From assembly GCA_000708835.1 (NCBI GenBank), contig DF236958.1, forward strand, positions 310,001 through 374,000: a DNA stretch of 64,000 nucleotides, given 5' to 3'. This DNA comes from Klebsormidium nitens (lineage: Eukaryota; Plantae; Klebsormidiophyceae). This document shows positions 1-13,705 of the stretch, piece by piece. The notes beneath the pieces were generated by a model. That model saw only the letters and a program-made list of their open reading frames with translations, searched no databases and was not told the DNA's origin. Each line of letters opens with the position of its first letter. Position 1 is the stretch's first letter. A program made the position numbers and the translations under genes.

Positions 1-396
1 ATGCAGATTATCATCTGCATAACGTCACTGGCGGGGCTGAAAGCCCGGCCCCTGCATTTTGCACTGCGTAAAAGACCGCTATCTCTCAATTCTGTCCCTG
101 AGTATGAGTCGCTCCCGCGGGGTGACCGGTGCCGACAATCTTGACCTCTTCTGTGACACGCCCTCTTTAGATGAACCTAAATGCATTTCGGATGGATGGT
201 TAACGATACCACCAGCCTTCTGCCTTTGTAAGCAAATACTCCCCAAAGTAGCATCCTCCATTTCCCGATCTTCCTCCTATCCGTCAGCACGAATATGTTT
301 GCGGCCTCACAGGCGGCTTTCATAAAGCGGAGCTCGCGTGTGCTTCTTCACATCTTGCCATAGCTTATGCTCGCTCTCTCTTTCTGCTTCGCCCAG

Positions 397-1213
397 CTGC
401 TCGAGATGGCTGGGGAGAACGAGTTGGACCGGCCGTTGCTCGCGCTCCTGGACGAGAACACGGCGCGAGCACGGGAGGCAGGCCAGGTAAGCGGCCCGCC
501 ACCCTTTGTTCTGGCGCTTTGCTTGTCTCTTTTTCTTTTGCTGATGCGTTGTTGATAGTCCGATCGCGGTATAGCTTCCATGGCTGTGAAACTCGTTGGT
601 TTGATCGTGTCAGTGCCCTTAGCTAGTGCTCTGAACGACTTCGGCACTTCGAAGCTGGAGGATGTCCGAGATGGAAATCGGAGGGGAGTGCCGTTCTATT
701 AGAATGATCGGGTAAACTGAGCGTGTCTGGAGATTAGCAATGGGACCTTGTTAGAGGCTGCGAATTCTTCGCTTTGGGACCGTCGTACTTGGGCATTTCA
801 CTTCCGACTTTAAGTTTTCCAGAATGGTATCCCAAAGGCGCTAGAGTTGCAGTTTATAAGGGTTGCCCCCCGCAGAATGATGTGCCACGAAGAAGCGTGA
901 GGTTCGTTAGTGAAGCTTGCAGTTCCTGTCGTCGGGAGCGTAGAGGCCACTCGGAAGCCGAAATAATGTCCGCTTTGAACGGGAAGCGAACGGCCTTTCA
1001 CGTCGGCTGACTGCCGCCTGCCCCAGTTTCTTTGTTGCGCTGGTCATTGATTTCTAGAGTGGTCCTATTTGCTTCAGCTGTTTGCGGTCGTTTCAACCTG
1101 TATCTTGACGACCTGGAACGTTTTTCAACTCATAATTTCGATATATGCAGGAGCAAGCGGCAGAATTCATGGAGAAAGTGCGGATGGCTGTTCTCAAATA
1201 CCTGACCGTATGA
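397..1213 (+). CDS. 3' terminal exons of a gene starting upstream of the window (conserved-looking helical protein, family not identified)
   Basis: Exon 397-486 (cag|, LLEMAGENELDRPLLALLDENTARAREAGQ, |gtaag) splices in phase 0 to exon 1151-1213 (cag|, EQAAEFMEKVRMAVLKYLTV*). Confidence 0.7.
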
Positions 1214-3212
1214 CACAAAGCCGTTGTAATAGAATTTCCGCTTTACTTTTTTATCTTGAGTTTGGGGACCGCATAAGGCCTCTGTTTGTTTAATCAGGTA
1301 CCGCAAAAGTTAAGATCGTACACCTTGAACAACATGCTCCAGAACGTGGACAGACGGATCATATTTTGCATGTTGGCATGGCATCTTGCAATTTGTAGTC
1401 AGTGACGAGTTGGGCCGCCCAATCATGCAGTTCCGCATACATGGGCCGTAAGTTTGTACCCTTGAGTGTTTAGCATCAAAAATCGCAAGTAGGGAACGTA
1501 CCAGATCAGCGCTCGGGTCCGGCCGATCATCCTTGTCCTTATGTAAACCCGAAGCCTTCAACTTGGCAAGTTTTTTGCGATATCCTGCTGGCGTGAGATA
1601 TCAAATACTTTGCGGCGATGGGTTTGGAGATGAAGACCGAGGATCGAATGTCAGTGTGTACTATATAGCCGGACCAAAGCTGTTGGCGCATCTAGTGCGC
1701 TCAATTCATTCATGCCGTTGTATGAGGATCAATATTTCTCCAAATTCACAAAAGGAGTCATCATGGTTGTATATCGACACCGTCCAGTGACGACTTTTGT
1801 GGGATCGACAGAAATCACAATGTTATAGTGCACTTGTCATATCTCGCCTGAACATGTCCTACAGCCTATAGCCCAGCCTGCGCGAGCTTACACAAGCTAT
1901 GTGCTTGCAGCCTCCGATCGACCATGCATCAACTGGCAGGCAGTCAACCCTCTAGCTTGATCCACGCGCATCCCGGTTTCAAGTTTTGCTGATGAGTCGA
2001 AATGAATGACCTAGCCAATGAACCGGTCGTTAAAGGATTTCAGTAAATACTATCGCCAGGTCAATCCATTATTTATGAAGGTCAGTGCGCATCTTAACTT
2101 CACTCGACGTCATTATGCTCGCTCGTAAAGCGGATTCGATGAGCACACCCGTGTCGATCCTTGCAGATGGATGCGGTGAGGATGAAGCATACATGCACTT
2201 GAGGCAGATTGTTTCGGCGTTCCATGTAGTTGACACTCAGATTCCAACATTGATACGTGCTGGCCTTCTGCTATGTATGGTACGATCCTCAAAAAGCGGT
2301 GCTTAAGCTTTCCTGGATACACTGAGTATTAACCTGATGATCCAGATATACGGCCTGGCCTGCGAAGGGCCGCACGATCGGACTGATAAGACGGAACACA
2401 TTCCATAGCATGATTAGGTTGTTGGATGAAGTCGTTGGCCTGGTATGAGCTAACAGCATGATTGATTTTCTGTGAACAAGATCGCCCTAAGTCAAAATCA
2501 ACCTTCTTCTTATAGTATCTTCTGCGGTTACAGAATACACAGGCCATGAGCAAGGCTGTTCTTACAAAGCTTACTTTGGTGGTTAAGGACCGCTCCATAC
2601 TATGTGCTGCAGGGCGGCTTTTCTGACTCTTGTGCCACTGAAATCTTGTTTTGAACAAGTTCAAACAAGTTCAAGCAGCAGACTCACTACGTACATGATC
2701 GAGCAATGCTTAGGGAGCGTATTTAATGTGTTAGTACTAACGCCAGCCGTTTGGGCTTCACGTGACTTCTTCCTTCAACCTATCATCCTATCAATTTCAG
2801 TATGCTTACAAATCCACCTCAAAATCAGCGGTACAATCCAGAGGGTAATGCAATTTCACAAGGTCTATTTCAACAACTATTTTCACCAAAATTTCTCAAT
2901 GCGAATGTCAAATAACAATACAAACTCCACGCGATCATTCTGAGCCGTAAGAGCTGGCCCAGCCTCGCTTTGCACACCCCACAAGAAATAGGCGACGCAA
3001 CCCGCAAGCTGGTCCACCGGCCTCTACAATTTTGACCGCCGCTTCCCTCAGGATTGTTTTCAAGGTCCGTCAAATCAAGGTAATGCGCGCGATGACTTCA
3101 ATTCAATTTTGGCTTGAACGGCGACAACGCTCAATTGAACCACCAATGACCCCTTCCGCTCCTCATTTCCGAGACCGGCTGCGCTTCTTTGGATCAAAAA
3201 CGGAGCCCTCCA

Positions 3213-6200
3213 TCAGACCCTTATGGGTGCGACCGCGGCCAGCGGGCGCTGCAATATAAGCACAAAAAAAAGTGCCGTTGGTGTTTGCAACAGATCAGAC
3301 ACTTCACGGTTTTGTAAGGCTGTTCGAGGCAAGGTGAGCAACTGAGGCGCGTCTCGTTCTGGATGCGCAAAGCGGAATCTGTCCGTTGCGTCGAGTTGCA
3401 GGACAAGAGCCGAAAGGCAGCATGGATAGCGGAACCTGGGAGACAACACACAATCTTCCTCAAAATCACCTCCTAACATAGAAACACAAGTTGGAACAGG
3501 AATCAGGTTGAAGCGCTGGCACCCACCGTTCTTAGGCGGCTGCTCCTCCAAGGCTGGCATCTCTGCCGCGGCCGGCTTGTGCGCCAAAGGGAACCGCCTG
3601 CCGGCCGCGTGCTTGCCGCTCTTCACCTTAGCATGGCCATTCCCGCCAATCGCGGCGCCCTTACTGGGCGGGCCAACCAACCGGGGCCTTCCCCCGGGTT
3701 TCGCGTGCCCGGTGACGCCGGGAAGGGGGGCCTTCTGCCGAGCGGAAGTCGCTGCGCGGTTGGCGGGGGGGCCCGGAAGTGCCAGCTCCGCACCCCCCTC
3801 GGGGAGAAACTCCGGGACCTGTTCCGCGGCCGCGTGGCGCGCCTGTGTCTCCTGGACCGCGGCTTTCGCCTCGGTGATGACCTCGGAGATGGGCTTGCCG
3901 GCCATCACCTGGAACAATGGGGGGCGATGAGCAAGCGATGACTTTTCGTCTCCAAAGAACGGAGAATCAAGGCGACGAAGTTTGGTTTATGGGGTCTCCG
4001 CAGGGACCCCACGAAGCTTGGTACGAGGAGCTTCATGGTTTGGAAGTAAGTATGGGACAAAATTCGAGGCTCGTAGAGTAGGTTCGTAGAAAGAGTTCGG
4101 GGGAGGAACAGCTCAGTGCTGAACCATGTACATCTCTCACTTTTCAACCTGCCAATTTATCAATGTCATCCCAGGGGCGTTGGGGGACCAGAAAAGGCAC
4201 GTAAAGATAAAATGCCTCCTACCGCTTCCGTATTTCAAAGGCCTCGATGTGGATCCTTAAGAGGGTGACTCGGTCAAACTGGAATAACCGCAAATTTCTC
4301 GCAATTTAGAACACGTTTCTATGGAACTCTGCAGAATGAGATGCGCAAACACTTGACAAACAGCTACAGAATAGACGCATGATATCTTCAAATGAGCTTC
4401 GCAGCGCACAAGCAGAGGCGTGCTGCCTACCTGGCGATACGGCCACCTGCTGATGCCATGCTTCTGGAACAGCTGGCGGAACTTCTGGAACGTCAGCTGC
4501 TGACCGCGCCCTAGAACATGGAAACACAATTTCAGCATCGCGCGGCCCCCTTCGGTGAGCTCAGGGTCTGTTCGCAGATTCTGCTACGACTTCTGCTTGG
4601 AATTTTGTTGTAATGTCTGGACTGATCTCCATTACTTTGTAGTATCCAAGCATACGCACTCTTGCCGTGGACTTCTCACCGGCCCTCTTGACTTGAGTTT
4701 TTTCAGTCTGTCAATGCACTCCGGGAACTCTTTCAAAGAATCACCAGCCAGTAACATTTCGCCTCTATCGGGAGGAATCTAGACACGAAGAGCGGCCTGA
4801 TGAGATCGTCCGACAGTCTGATACATTGGAACCACTCAAATTTCAGTCGAACTGACCTCAGTGCTGCAAAGGTTCTCTGGTACGTGTGAAGAGAAACAAC
4901 TGAGTGCAATTCTCACTTTCGTTGAACCTGGCGCAGGCTTCCTCCATTGGCAGCTTGAAGTAGCTCGACAGCTGCCTCAACGAGAGGGGGTCCTTTTCTG
5001 CACAACACGGCCCGCACGTGGATTTATAAAAACGATGTCATTGTATTTCTTTGGAAACCGAGGGAAATCAAAGTATTCAAAAAGAGAGACGGGCTATCTT
5101 GGGCCCCGTAACTTCGCACCCAAGATGTTGTACGGCTAGTCTGCCACTCATCAGGTGCGATCTTTGCGACTTCGACGATACACAGTAGTCCCGCCTTTGT
5201 CAGACTATCGAATCCCCGTCAAAAACAGATCCTGGTGCAAGATCGAGGGGCCCGTGTATGATAACTTCAAAGACAGAGGACGTGTCCTACAGATTTCTGA
5301 TGAGGAAGAGAAGGACAATGCAACAAAATTTGAGAAGATTGACAAAAAACTGTCCAAACGTAGCAGTTGGATCTGATTCCTACTCATGCGGTAGTATTTG
5401 CACCTTTTTTCAGGGGACCCAGCCTCGCCAGAACGTTCTCGACGTTCTTGATGCTGCCAATTCCGTACTTGTGCTTCACCCGCATCCAATGGCGTCTTAA
5501 CTGGCGCGGGGTCCTAAGGGAAAGAAGCACGAAAGACAGACGTCAGCTTTCACATGATAGAACCTGGTTCTAAAAGCAAATGCGAAAGACCAAACACGGA
5601 AAGGACCCGAAGGCATTCTCAATAATCAATCCACATTGTGCTTGAGGGTTTCGACTATCTCAGCCAACAATTGTCCAGATTGATACCAACCTTGAATACA
5701 AGCGCTGTTTTTGGATTACGATGAACCACCGCAGAACCCTTCTAAAACAGCTTCCGGCGTTTATCTACGCGCGCTTCATGACAAGTTCACGGTGACCAGG
5801 TTCTTTCCTTGCGCCGCTCCCGCCTCACCTGCCCGGAAAGTACCGGAACGAGTCCTTGAGCATGACCTTCTGGCGGAACAGCTCCCCCAGGCGCTGCAGG
5901 AACACCCGGTCCATCTCCTCGGTGAAGCGGCCCTTCTTCCTCGGAGGAAACACGCCCCCGCTCCCCTCGCTTCCCGCCAGCGACTGCGAGCTGCTACTGC
6001 GCGCGAGCGAGGGCCCACGCGCGCTGCGCGGCTTCTTGGTCGGCCGCTCCTCTTCGTCCTCGTCGGGATCGTACTCCGACTCCGACTCGCTCCCTTCCTC
6101 CGGGTCGTACTCCGAGTCCTCTTCGTCCACGTCAGCAGCCATGTCATCGACGCCGTCGCTGACGTCAGCATCCCCGCCCCTCTCCTCGCCGCTCGCGTCT

Positions 6201-7496
6201 CCCTCCGGATCCGAGCCGTCTTCGCCTCCGCTGGAGTTGTCGAGGCCGCGGTCGCCGTCGTCTTCTCCTTCCTCGCGCGCGCGCGGCCGCGGGGGCGAAT
6301 GCGCGCCGAGCGCCGAGCGCATCATTCGCAGCTTCCTGGGGCGCGCCGGGAGGCCGTCGAAGCCGGGGCGCAGGCGGCCCACGAGGTTTAGGCCGGGGTT
6401 TGAGCCGCCAGTCTCGGAGGGGGCCTTGAAGCGTGCCCCAATCCTTGGCGTGTCTGACTCCGACGCAGAAGGGTCGGAAGACTCTGCCTCAAACTGCGCT
6501 TGTCTGATCGGGTCTGGGGAGCGGCGAGACAGCGAGAGTGTTATGTTGGAGGGATTGCTCGAGGCGCGCGCGTCTCCGTTGGACGGGACCACAGAGGGCC
6601 GCGCGCTGCTGAGGTGGAAACCAGGCCGAGTGTTCCAGGCAGAGAAGCACGACTGAAGGTCAGGTCCATTGTCCGTGGTTCCTGCAAGTGGAAAGAGACG
6701 AGATATACCAGGGCTTAAAACCGATTGAACTTGACGTTGAGATTATGGAGGCGCCTGTAAGCATGCCGCAAAAAGGAGCAACCGTGAGCGACGAAGCTGC
6801 GAGACTAGTCCCTCTCTAAGACTTATTCAAATCGAGTTTTTTTATTTTGCAGAGAAGTAGGATGAACGGCGCCCTCGGTGCAACGGTTCAAGTTGGGCTG
6901 TCGGAGTCTAGAAGAGGTGGACAATTTTGAGCCAAACGGTGCGATTGACGTTTGTGTACAACTTTCCAGTTTTCCTGGCTGACATACGCCTGCAGTTGCT
7001 GTTAAGATAGGAGAAGCAATGGGCAGAATTTGATGGCAAACTCCTCCTATTATTAAGGAATATTGTTTACAGTAACTAATCATATTGGGCCCCTTGTTTT
7101 CCTTCTCTGCGACACTCGTTTCTCCCTCAAATTTCACCGCAACCTGAGAGGGATAACCTATTCAGGTGTGCCCCCGTTTAATTCTTACGTGCTCATTGTG
7201 GCTCTATGTCCTTCACCACAAGACCTTGAGTTCTTGCTCACACGCAAGAAGATCCCAAATATCCGTGTACAAATCATGCTTTGAGGTCGCTTTGGATTGC
7301 AGGTCTCACCATTTTGTGGCTGAGGCGTAAGCAGACCGAGCGTCGGCGAGTGAGACCGTCGCATGAGAGGGATGAGCGCTCGCTCGTAGAAACCGTTGCT
7401 CCTGTGGGTCTGCACTTCTGCGGTCGCCTCCATCTGCCTCACTGGCAGGACAGGGTGACGAAACATGTCCTCCAGACCACCAGAAGGCGACTGCAT
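3213..7496 (-). CDS. RWP-RK-like transcription factor with acidic/Ser-rich N-terminal region
   Basis: Phase-compatible exons 7496-7310, 6681-5829, 5495-5404 (AAG acceptor), 4510-4431, 3908-~3527 give ...VMLKDSFRYFPGRRHWMRVKHKYGIGSIKNVENVLARLGPLKKGRGQQLTFQKFRQLFQKHGISRWPYRQVMAGKP...; HGISRWP matches the RWP-RK core. The 3' end of the model is uncertain. Confidence 0.6.
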
Positions 7497-7675
7497 CCAA
7501 ACGGGGCATAATTAATCAACGAAGTTCGGCAAATCTGCTGAATGTAGCTTTCTGGAAGTGCATCTTCAATACGAAACCATCAGCTGCCAAAGTCTAGCGT
7601 CGCTATACGACGAGTGTAGCTCGTTGAAATCCCTTTTTAGGCCTTGCTCCTTGTTGTTCAACGCTTTGAGAATCA

Positions 7676-8700
7676 TCAGATTTTAACACACAAAGGGACT
7701 TTGCTGAAAACCGTTAACATGTACGGAAGCTCGACTTCAGCAGCCAACGGCACCTACAAGTCGTTTGTGAAAATATCACTTGGCACAATGATGCTTCCAA
7801 CAGGAATTATTGACCGGAATTCGTACCTCGTTGTTCAGGACATATCTCCCTTCCGAGTTCTCCGAGATGCCCGGCCACGGATCGTCATCCAGGAAGTCGC
7901 AGTCAATGGCGTTCAGGTCGTTCTGCTGCGGCGATGGCAGGTTGGTGAGGACTGAAGCGCCCCGGATCTGGAACGGCGAGCCTGGAGGAGTCTGGGGCGG
8001 GGTTCGCACTTTGCTGGTTCCTGTTTGAAGAGAAGAAGACAATCAGGAGCCAAATCAGATTCATTTTCGTACTTCTTCGATTCTCACCTACTTTCCTGTA
8101 AGGCAACATTTGAGTTGCATAAACTGCGAAGCTCTTGCCAGGATGCAGATTGCTTGGTGACTGCTGAACGGGTTGCACGAATGTCTGCACCACGAACCGC
8201 CACGGAAAGGGCTGGGCCTAACTTAATTTGGAAGGGTTGTAATCTGCTTTAGAAAGAGAGAGATCCCTTTGAAGTCCTTGAACAACAATCTGAAGCGCTG
8301 TCTGACTGCCGTCCGAATGATCTGGAGATGCGATGGAAACCCTTCCAATCTGGAAAATAATGGTCTTCAACAGAAGGAAAAAGGATTGTCCACAATGCCA
8401 GTCAAAGCATCCACAAAAAAGATGCGTATAAGTTTCTGCTTCGAAGAAACTCTTCCTTCGTTTGCTCGGGTTTCTTGATGCAACCTCGCCACTCTCGATA
8501 GTCTCACCCGCTAGATCGCTGGATTGCTTCAGCAGGTGCGTCCTGCCAGATCCTTCCAAGCAGTTGCAGCCCCCCTTCCAGCATTCCACGTGCGCTGGAG
8601 AACCAAGTTGGGCTACAGGACGATGGAGCAGGGTCATGCTGACCAGGTTTGAGCCCCCTTGCGAGAGGCGCAGCATTGCATCAATGCACGGCGCTGATAC
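7676..8700 (-). CDS. Hypothetical multi-exon protein, 3' part (upstream exons probably in 9.3-12.3 kb, unresolved)
   Basis: 187-aa open frame 8218-8781; exon ...DCDFLDDDPWPGISENSEGRYVLNNE|gtacg joins tag|VPLAAEVELPYMLTVFSKVPLCVKI* (stop 7676-7678). No family recognised. Confidence 0.35.
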
Positions 8701-11700
8701 TGCAGAGGAAGACAGAATACATTTGCAGATTCGAATGGCAATGCGTTGTCTTAGAGAGAAGACGGGCAAGAGGGGCTGCAATGGTCGCCTCGTCGCTCAG
8801 GCATCAAAACGGTTTACGTATTCGAATTGGAACCCATTGAACTTGGACATCTTTCAATTTATGCAGTGAGAGCAGCCTGTATTTGGAGCGGTGTGCCTTC
8901 TCCTCTTTGCGACTTCTGAGCATTTTTGATGGTCAAAGTAAATCTGGTCAGAGATTTTTTGAAAATGTAGCATCTAAAACTTCATGTTCAAAAGTTAGCC
9001 GCACGAGACACACCGTAGATGAGGCAGATTGATAAGAATCATTGTGTCAATCCCCTTCCTGCGGGGTCCTTTAAGTCAGGTCCAAAGAGGCTGTTTGAAG
9101 GAATCAACCGGGATCTAAAGCTTCCTTTCCTGGACTTATAGCTTCGTTTAAGATCTCGGTTGAATCTCTATCGAGTCATGCATCCATCCTTCAGATTCAG
9201 AGGGGGACATATAAAATGCTGTGAAGAACAATGTTCTGCTTGAGGTATCCCCAATTGAAGCAATCTATTAAAAACTATCAGCATAATCTGGAAAGACGAC
9301 ACAGAAAGAGAAAACCTCAAGGGAACACATTCTTTGGGCCACGTTCTCACGGTGTTCCCCTTTCACCACCTTGTACATGGATGACCAAAACCAAGCATCC
9401 TCTCCTGGTGCCAATAACGGATTGCATAGTGAAGGTGCAACAAATGTGCGCTCACCTTATATTGCAGTCGGATCTCCCAAAGATCTGTCCCTAGAACTTG
9501 GTTCTGAGTCAGGCTCATCAGGCTTAAGACCTGCTGCGGCCCCCATGAGGCTTAGCATCCCCGTGTATTCTCTGTGGCTCGATCAGTTTCTTCCATCCAT
9601 GACAGCAAGCAGTTGATAGGCCTTCGCAGAGGTCAAGGGTTCACAAGAAGGAATGGCCTGTCGGACCAAACGCCTCTTTCTGTTGAGCACCAAAACTGCA
9701 TGAGCCTGCATGGCTGAACCTTCCCCTCTCTTCAAGCAGGAGAAAATGAAGACAGTGACCTGAGAATGCTTTTGGCATCCTGGTTATGTATGTTGAGCGG
9801 GTTGCGTTTCCCGCCGCTTCCTCATCTTCTGGAACAGGCAGGTTTTGGGGGAAGCTTCCTTGTCAAATGCCTCGCCTGTCTCTCTCAAAGAGAGCACTTT
9901 CCCTGCATACTTTATGCTCATTAAATCTTCGGGGGCCGCTTCAACCTTGCCAGTGCACCAGACAACGACAGTCTATCACGCTAGAGAACTGAAACTGGTT
10001 TGCATTCTAGAACTGATGTCATCAAGGACCCGTTCCATCAGCAGGCATCTCCCGTCTTCACAACAAAAGGTGTGGGTACGAGAGCTCATGAGGCGCCGCT
10101 CCAGGAAGGCTTGATGTGACAAGTGCCTTTCTGTCAGTAACACCCGAAATGTTTCCTAAAACAACGGAGCTGCAGTAGAGTCAAACGAAATGCTTACGAA
10201 GTTGTCACATCAAACCCTCTTTCTGACTTGACAAGCAGCTGTCAAAATAGCGTCGCTTTGGATCCAGCTTTAACCAAGACGACCACCCTTTCAATATCTC
10301 TTCTCCGCCGCTCCTCTTCGATCTAGAAACGAAGCCTCTTTTCTCGCAGAGCCCTTGCAAGTGATCCGACTGGAACTGGATGTCAGGAGTTTTGTACATA
10401 GATCTGATGTCAGGTGCGTAAAATGGCGCAAATGCAGCCCTAATGATCTTACACTGTTACAGCATGTACTGCGAAGTTGACGCCAGACTCTTAATCTGTG
10501 CTGTGTTCATCAGGAGTGCATGCAAAACTGGATATTGGCAAGTTGCTAGCGCCTAGCTGGATGTCACCGATCGTCATTAATTGCTTGAGAAACGTGCGCG
10601 ACCCGCGTCCGTTCATTTCCTTCAAGGATAAGGTTTGATTCAAGAGCACCTAGCAACCACATGCTCTTGTCAGCATGGGCGCATCGTCCTCGTTTCGTCC
10701 GCCCGAACTGAGATTGATGCCCATGCTACCCGGCTGGCACCCGAACTGAAAATCTTCGACATTCAGTGCCTCTTCCGTTTCGTGTTCTTGGACCTGTCCT
10801 GTGCGACGCGACGTCCAGCTCGGAATGGTGACGCCTTTGCATCACTGGCCGAGCCCAGCCCAAGGGAACATTGTACATCTTGTTCATCATTCGTATTTTC
10901 TGTTTGATATACAAGCATGCGTCAGAGAACCAATCGGTCCCGCTCGTTCCAATGAGCCCTTTGAACCAAAACTGTTGAACTCAGAGTTCGTTGCTCTTTG
11001 AACAGCGTTCGACAAGGCACGAGGTCGTTTTAAGCGATCCACATTCAGAGGTCCGTCTGCAAATCATCCATCGCCTCTTTCCAATAGTTCGAGGACTTCA
11101 TGGGTCGCTTTCAAGTCAGACTGCAGCCTCGTGTAATCCGCACTGCCAATGACGGTCCGCCGCATCCACAGTAGTCGGGCCTTGATCTACTCATGGCGCT
11201 TCCCAGAAGTCAAAGAACGGTCGAATTAGTGGATGCAGATGCGGCAAGGCCTTTCAATTGGCATTGATCCACCCTATTCCTGAACATCCTTTCTCAGCTT
11301 CTCGACATAGATTTGGGCTGCGGCGAAGGTCCAAAGCAGATGTAGATCTGGCTTTTCAGACCGAAGAGTTGGGCCGTTGCTCGTCCGTGAACCTAAAGTG
11401 GCTTCTATGAAAATTTGAGAGCAAAAAAGTTACTGGCTGGATCCAGACACAAATTTGACACACTTGACCCATCATCATATCAGGTAGGAAACGGCTTCCC
11501 GCGAAGGCATGCAGGCTTCGCTAAAAACTTGCATCTTGTACGAGCTATACATCGAATGGGCAGGTTGGAAGCACGCGCGAGAAGCCGCAGCTTTCAAAAC
11601 CACAACATCTGCCGGTAGCCATGAGGCGACACAAAAAGTCAGCTTCCAAAATACTAAGTTCGTCAGCTCTTAAAGAACCCCTGCGCTGTGTCTGTTTGTG

Positions 11701-13586
11701 CAACAAGAAAGTGTTCTCATTCTTCAAAGACGTTTTGCGTCAAAGTTCGAAGCAACGCTCACGATAGTGGGAGCTTCGAGACTGTTTTCAAGCTTGAGAC
11801 TCGCTCTCCTCTTGTCCGGCAGACTTGATTCGGGCGCGTTCCGCGTAGTACTTCCGCGTTCCGCGTAAAGTCTCACTGCTCAGGATGAACACGCTCACTG
11901 ATTGTCGATGAAGGAGCGATTGCACTGCGTCGAAAGTGCTTCGAAGCTGGTAACCCTGCAGAAACATTTCTCTTGGTCTTGGGGCCTCACCTGCATCACA
12001 ACAGGACCGTGTGACGTTTGCAGATTGACACAAACCCCAGACAAATATGTGGAACCCGAGAAATCTCCCAGCTTGAGGTTTTTTCCTGGAGCTTCGGCAG
12101 GAGCTTTGATGTTGACAACGCTTGAGTACCTCGTGTTGTTGTATATGGTGACATTGCAGGGCCAGGCTGAATCTTCGCACTTTCCAGAGGTTCGAACACG
12201 TGGCTCTGCATTCCAAAAGCGTCACTGTCCTTCAATCGAATAAGGAAACGAGCAATCAGCTTTCAGCTTCGTCACCACGAGTCAGATCCGTTCGATGGCG
12301 TGTAAACTGAATCGGGTTTAGAGCGATGTGGGATTGTACGTTTGGGTCTCAGTCTTGCACACTTCTTGTCTCGTCGTTCCCTTATCCTTCGGTTTTGCTC
12401 GGCCGAAGAATGAAGGTTTACACAAGCCCATCAGGACGATCTGAGAAGAGTCGGACCCTTGTCGATCATGCATGTTCGTTTCCAAACAGCTCTGCCGGAG
12501 GCTTGCTTGCGTACACATATATATCCCCGTGTTGCCAACTTGAGCATTCAAGCCTTCGCGCACATAAGCTGTTCGATGCCTATGAGCGGAACGCAACCAC
12601 TCAAGCTGCCCCAATCAGAGAGCGAACGTAAGGTCGGCAGCAGTCAGAGCCACGCCTCACCAACTGTTATGTAATCCACGCAGGCGGCGCTAGCTTTTCA
12701 ACAGCTTCATCATAGAGCAGATTGTGCAAAGACCAATTCATGCAGATTCGGCTCTAGCGGACGGGTCGCTGACCGAGTGTGGGATTCCTCAAGTATGTAG
12801 CTGAGTAGCTGGAATTTGTGGGGCATTCACTGTTGCAAGGTCGAGGGATCACAAGGGCGGCCGTGGAGCATCGCTTTGACGGGCACCGAAGAAGAAACAT
12901 CTGTACCGAAAAAGAAACATCTCTACGTACTGTCCAGTCCGAGTGTAGTATCAGAAGGGTGATTCACGATAGGTGACATGGTTAGTATGATCTGAAAGCG
13001 AGTACCTAGAACTGACGGCATGATCGACCTTAAATTGCTTAAAGGCGTAGACAGCTTGAGAACTATCATAAGTGGCATCTACAATTGCTCATCAGTGTGC
13101 ATTGATGTTCTCTTTTCAAACGCCGTAGCCACATGGGCCATAGGCTTCGATGGCATACATGGGAATTGTTTGGGTTTTGAACGTCTAGCTACCTTACCAA
13201 ATCAAAGTGCGTACATTGAATTAGTCACCAAACCTAGTCTAGCAACAGCGCACCGGATTACAACTAAACTTGCCAGTGACGTGCTAGTAAAAGCAACCGT
13301 GACTCAACTAGCTACTTGTCGCCTCCAGGCAATCTGCTGGAACTAGGATTCGCACTAATTAGCGGGCAACAATCTTGGTAGGGATGTAGACCGCAGAGAG
13401 GCGCAGAAGCAATTGCAGTGTATCATGTTACACTGTGCACCATGCCGACCGTTAAAAAACCCCTGCCCCGTACTTCATAGCTTTGGGGATCTTTTCACTG
13501 AAGGGGAAAAAGATACCGACACGATACACATGTACATACACACGTCATGTAACGAATGGCAGAGGCTTGGGCGCAGGCAAAATTTG

Positions 13587-13705
13587 AAATCGGAGTGAAA
13601 CTGGCAGGGGTTTCACGCTCCGAGCAGAGTCAAACGCGAGAGTCGCAATAGTCGTAAGTCCTATCTAAATCGGAGTGAAAGTGCCGCTCTTTCACGCTCC
13701 GAGCA
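13587..13705. repeat. Two direct copies (80-bp period) of a hairpin-forming element
   Basis: AAATCGGAGTGAAA-N10-TTTCACGCTCCGAGCA (13587-13626) and AAATCGGAGTGAAA-N9-TTTCACGCTCCGAGCA (13667-13705); the arms are self-complementary apart from a 2-nt bulge and the loops differ. Confidence 0.85.

Noticed and set aside
1310-1795. Minus-strand frame of ~160 codons with three stops, suggesting a pseudogene
   Set aside because: Stop depletion is modest and no family is recognisable.
3508-3941. Plus-strand ORFs of 120-140 aa
   Set aside because: Antisense to a GC-rich coding exon; no motifs or splice support.
5711-6656. Long plus-strand ORFs (226 and 266 aa)
   Set aside because: Antisense shadows of the GC-rich, acidic minus-strand exon of the RWP-RK-like gene.
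13020-13346. 108-aa ATG-initiated intergenic ORF
   Set aside because: No motif, no splice context, TpA-rich composition; more likely decayed repeat or chance.
13587-13705. CRISPR-like repeat-spacer appearance
   Set aside because: Only two units, internally variable, eukaryotic context and no cas genes; kept as a hairpin repeat.
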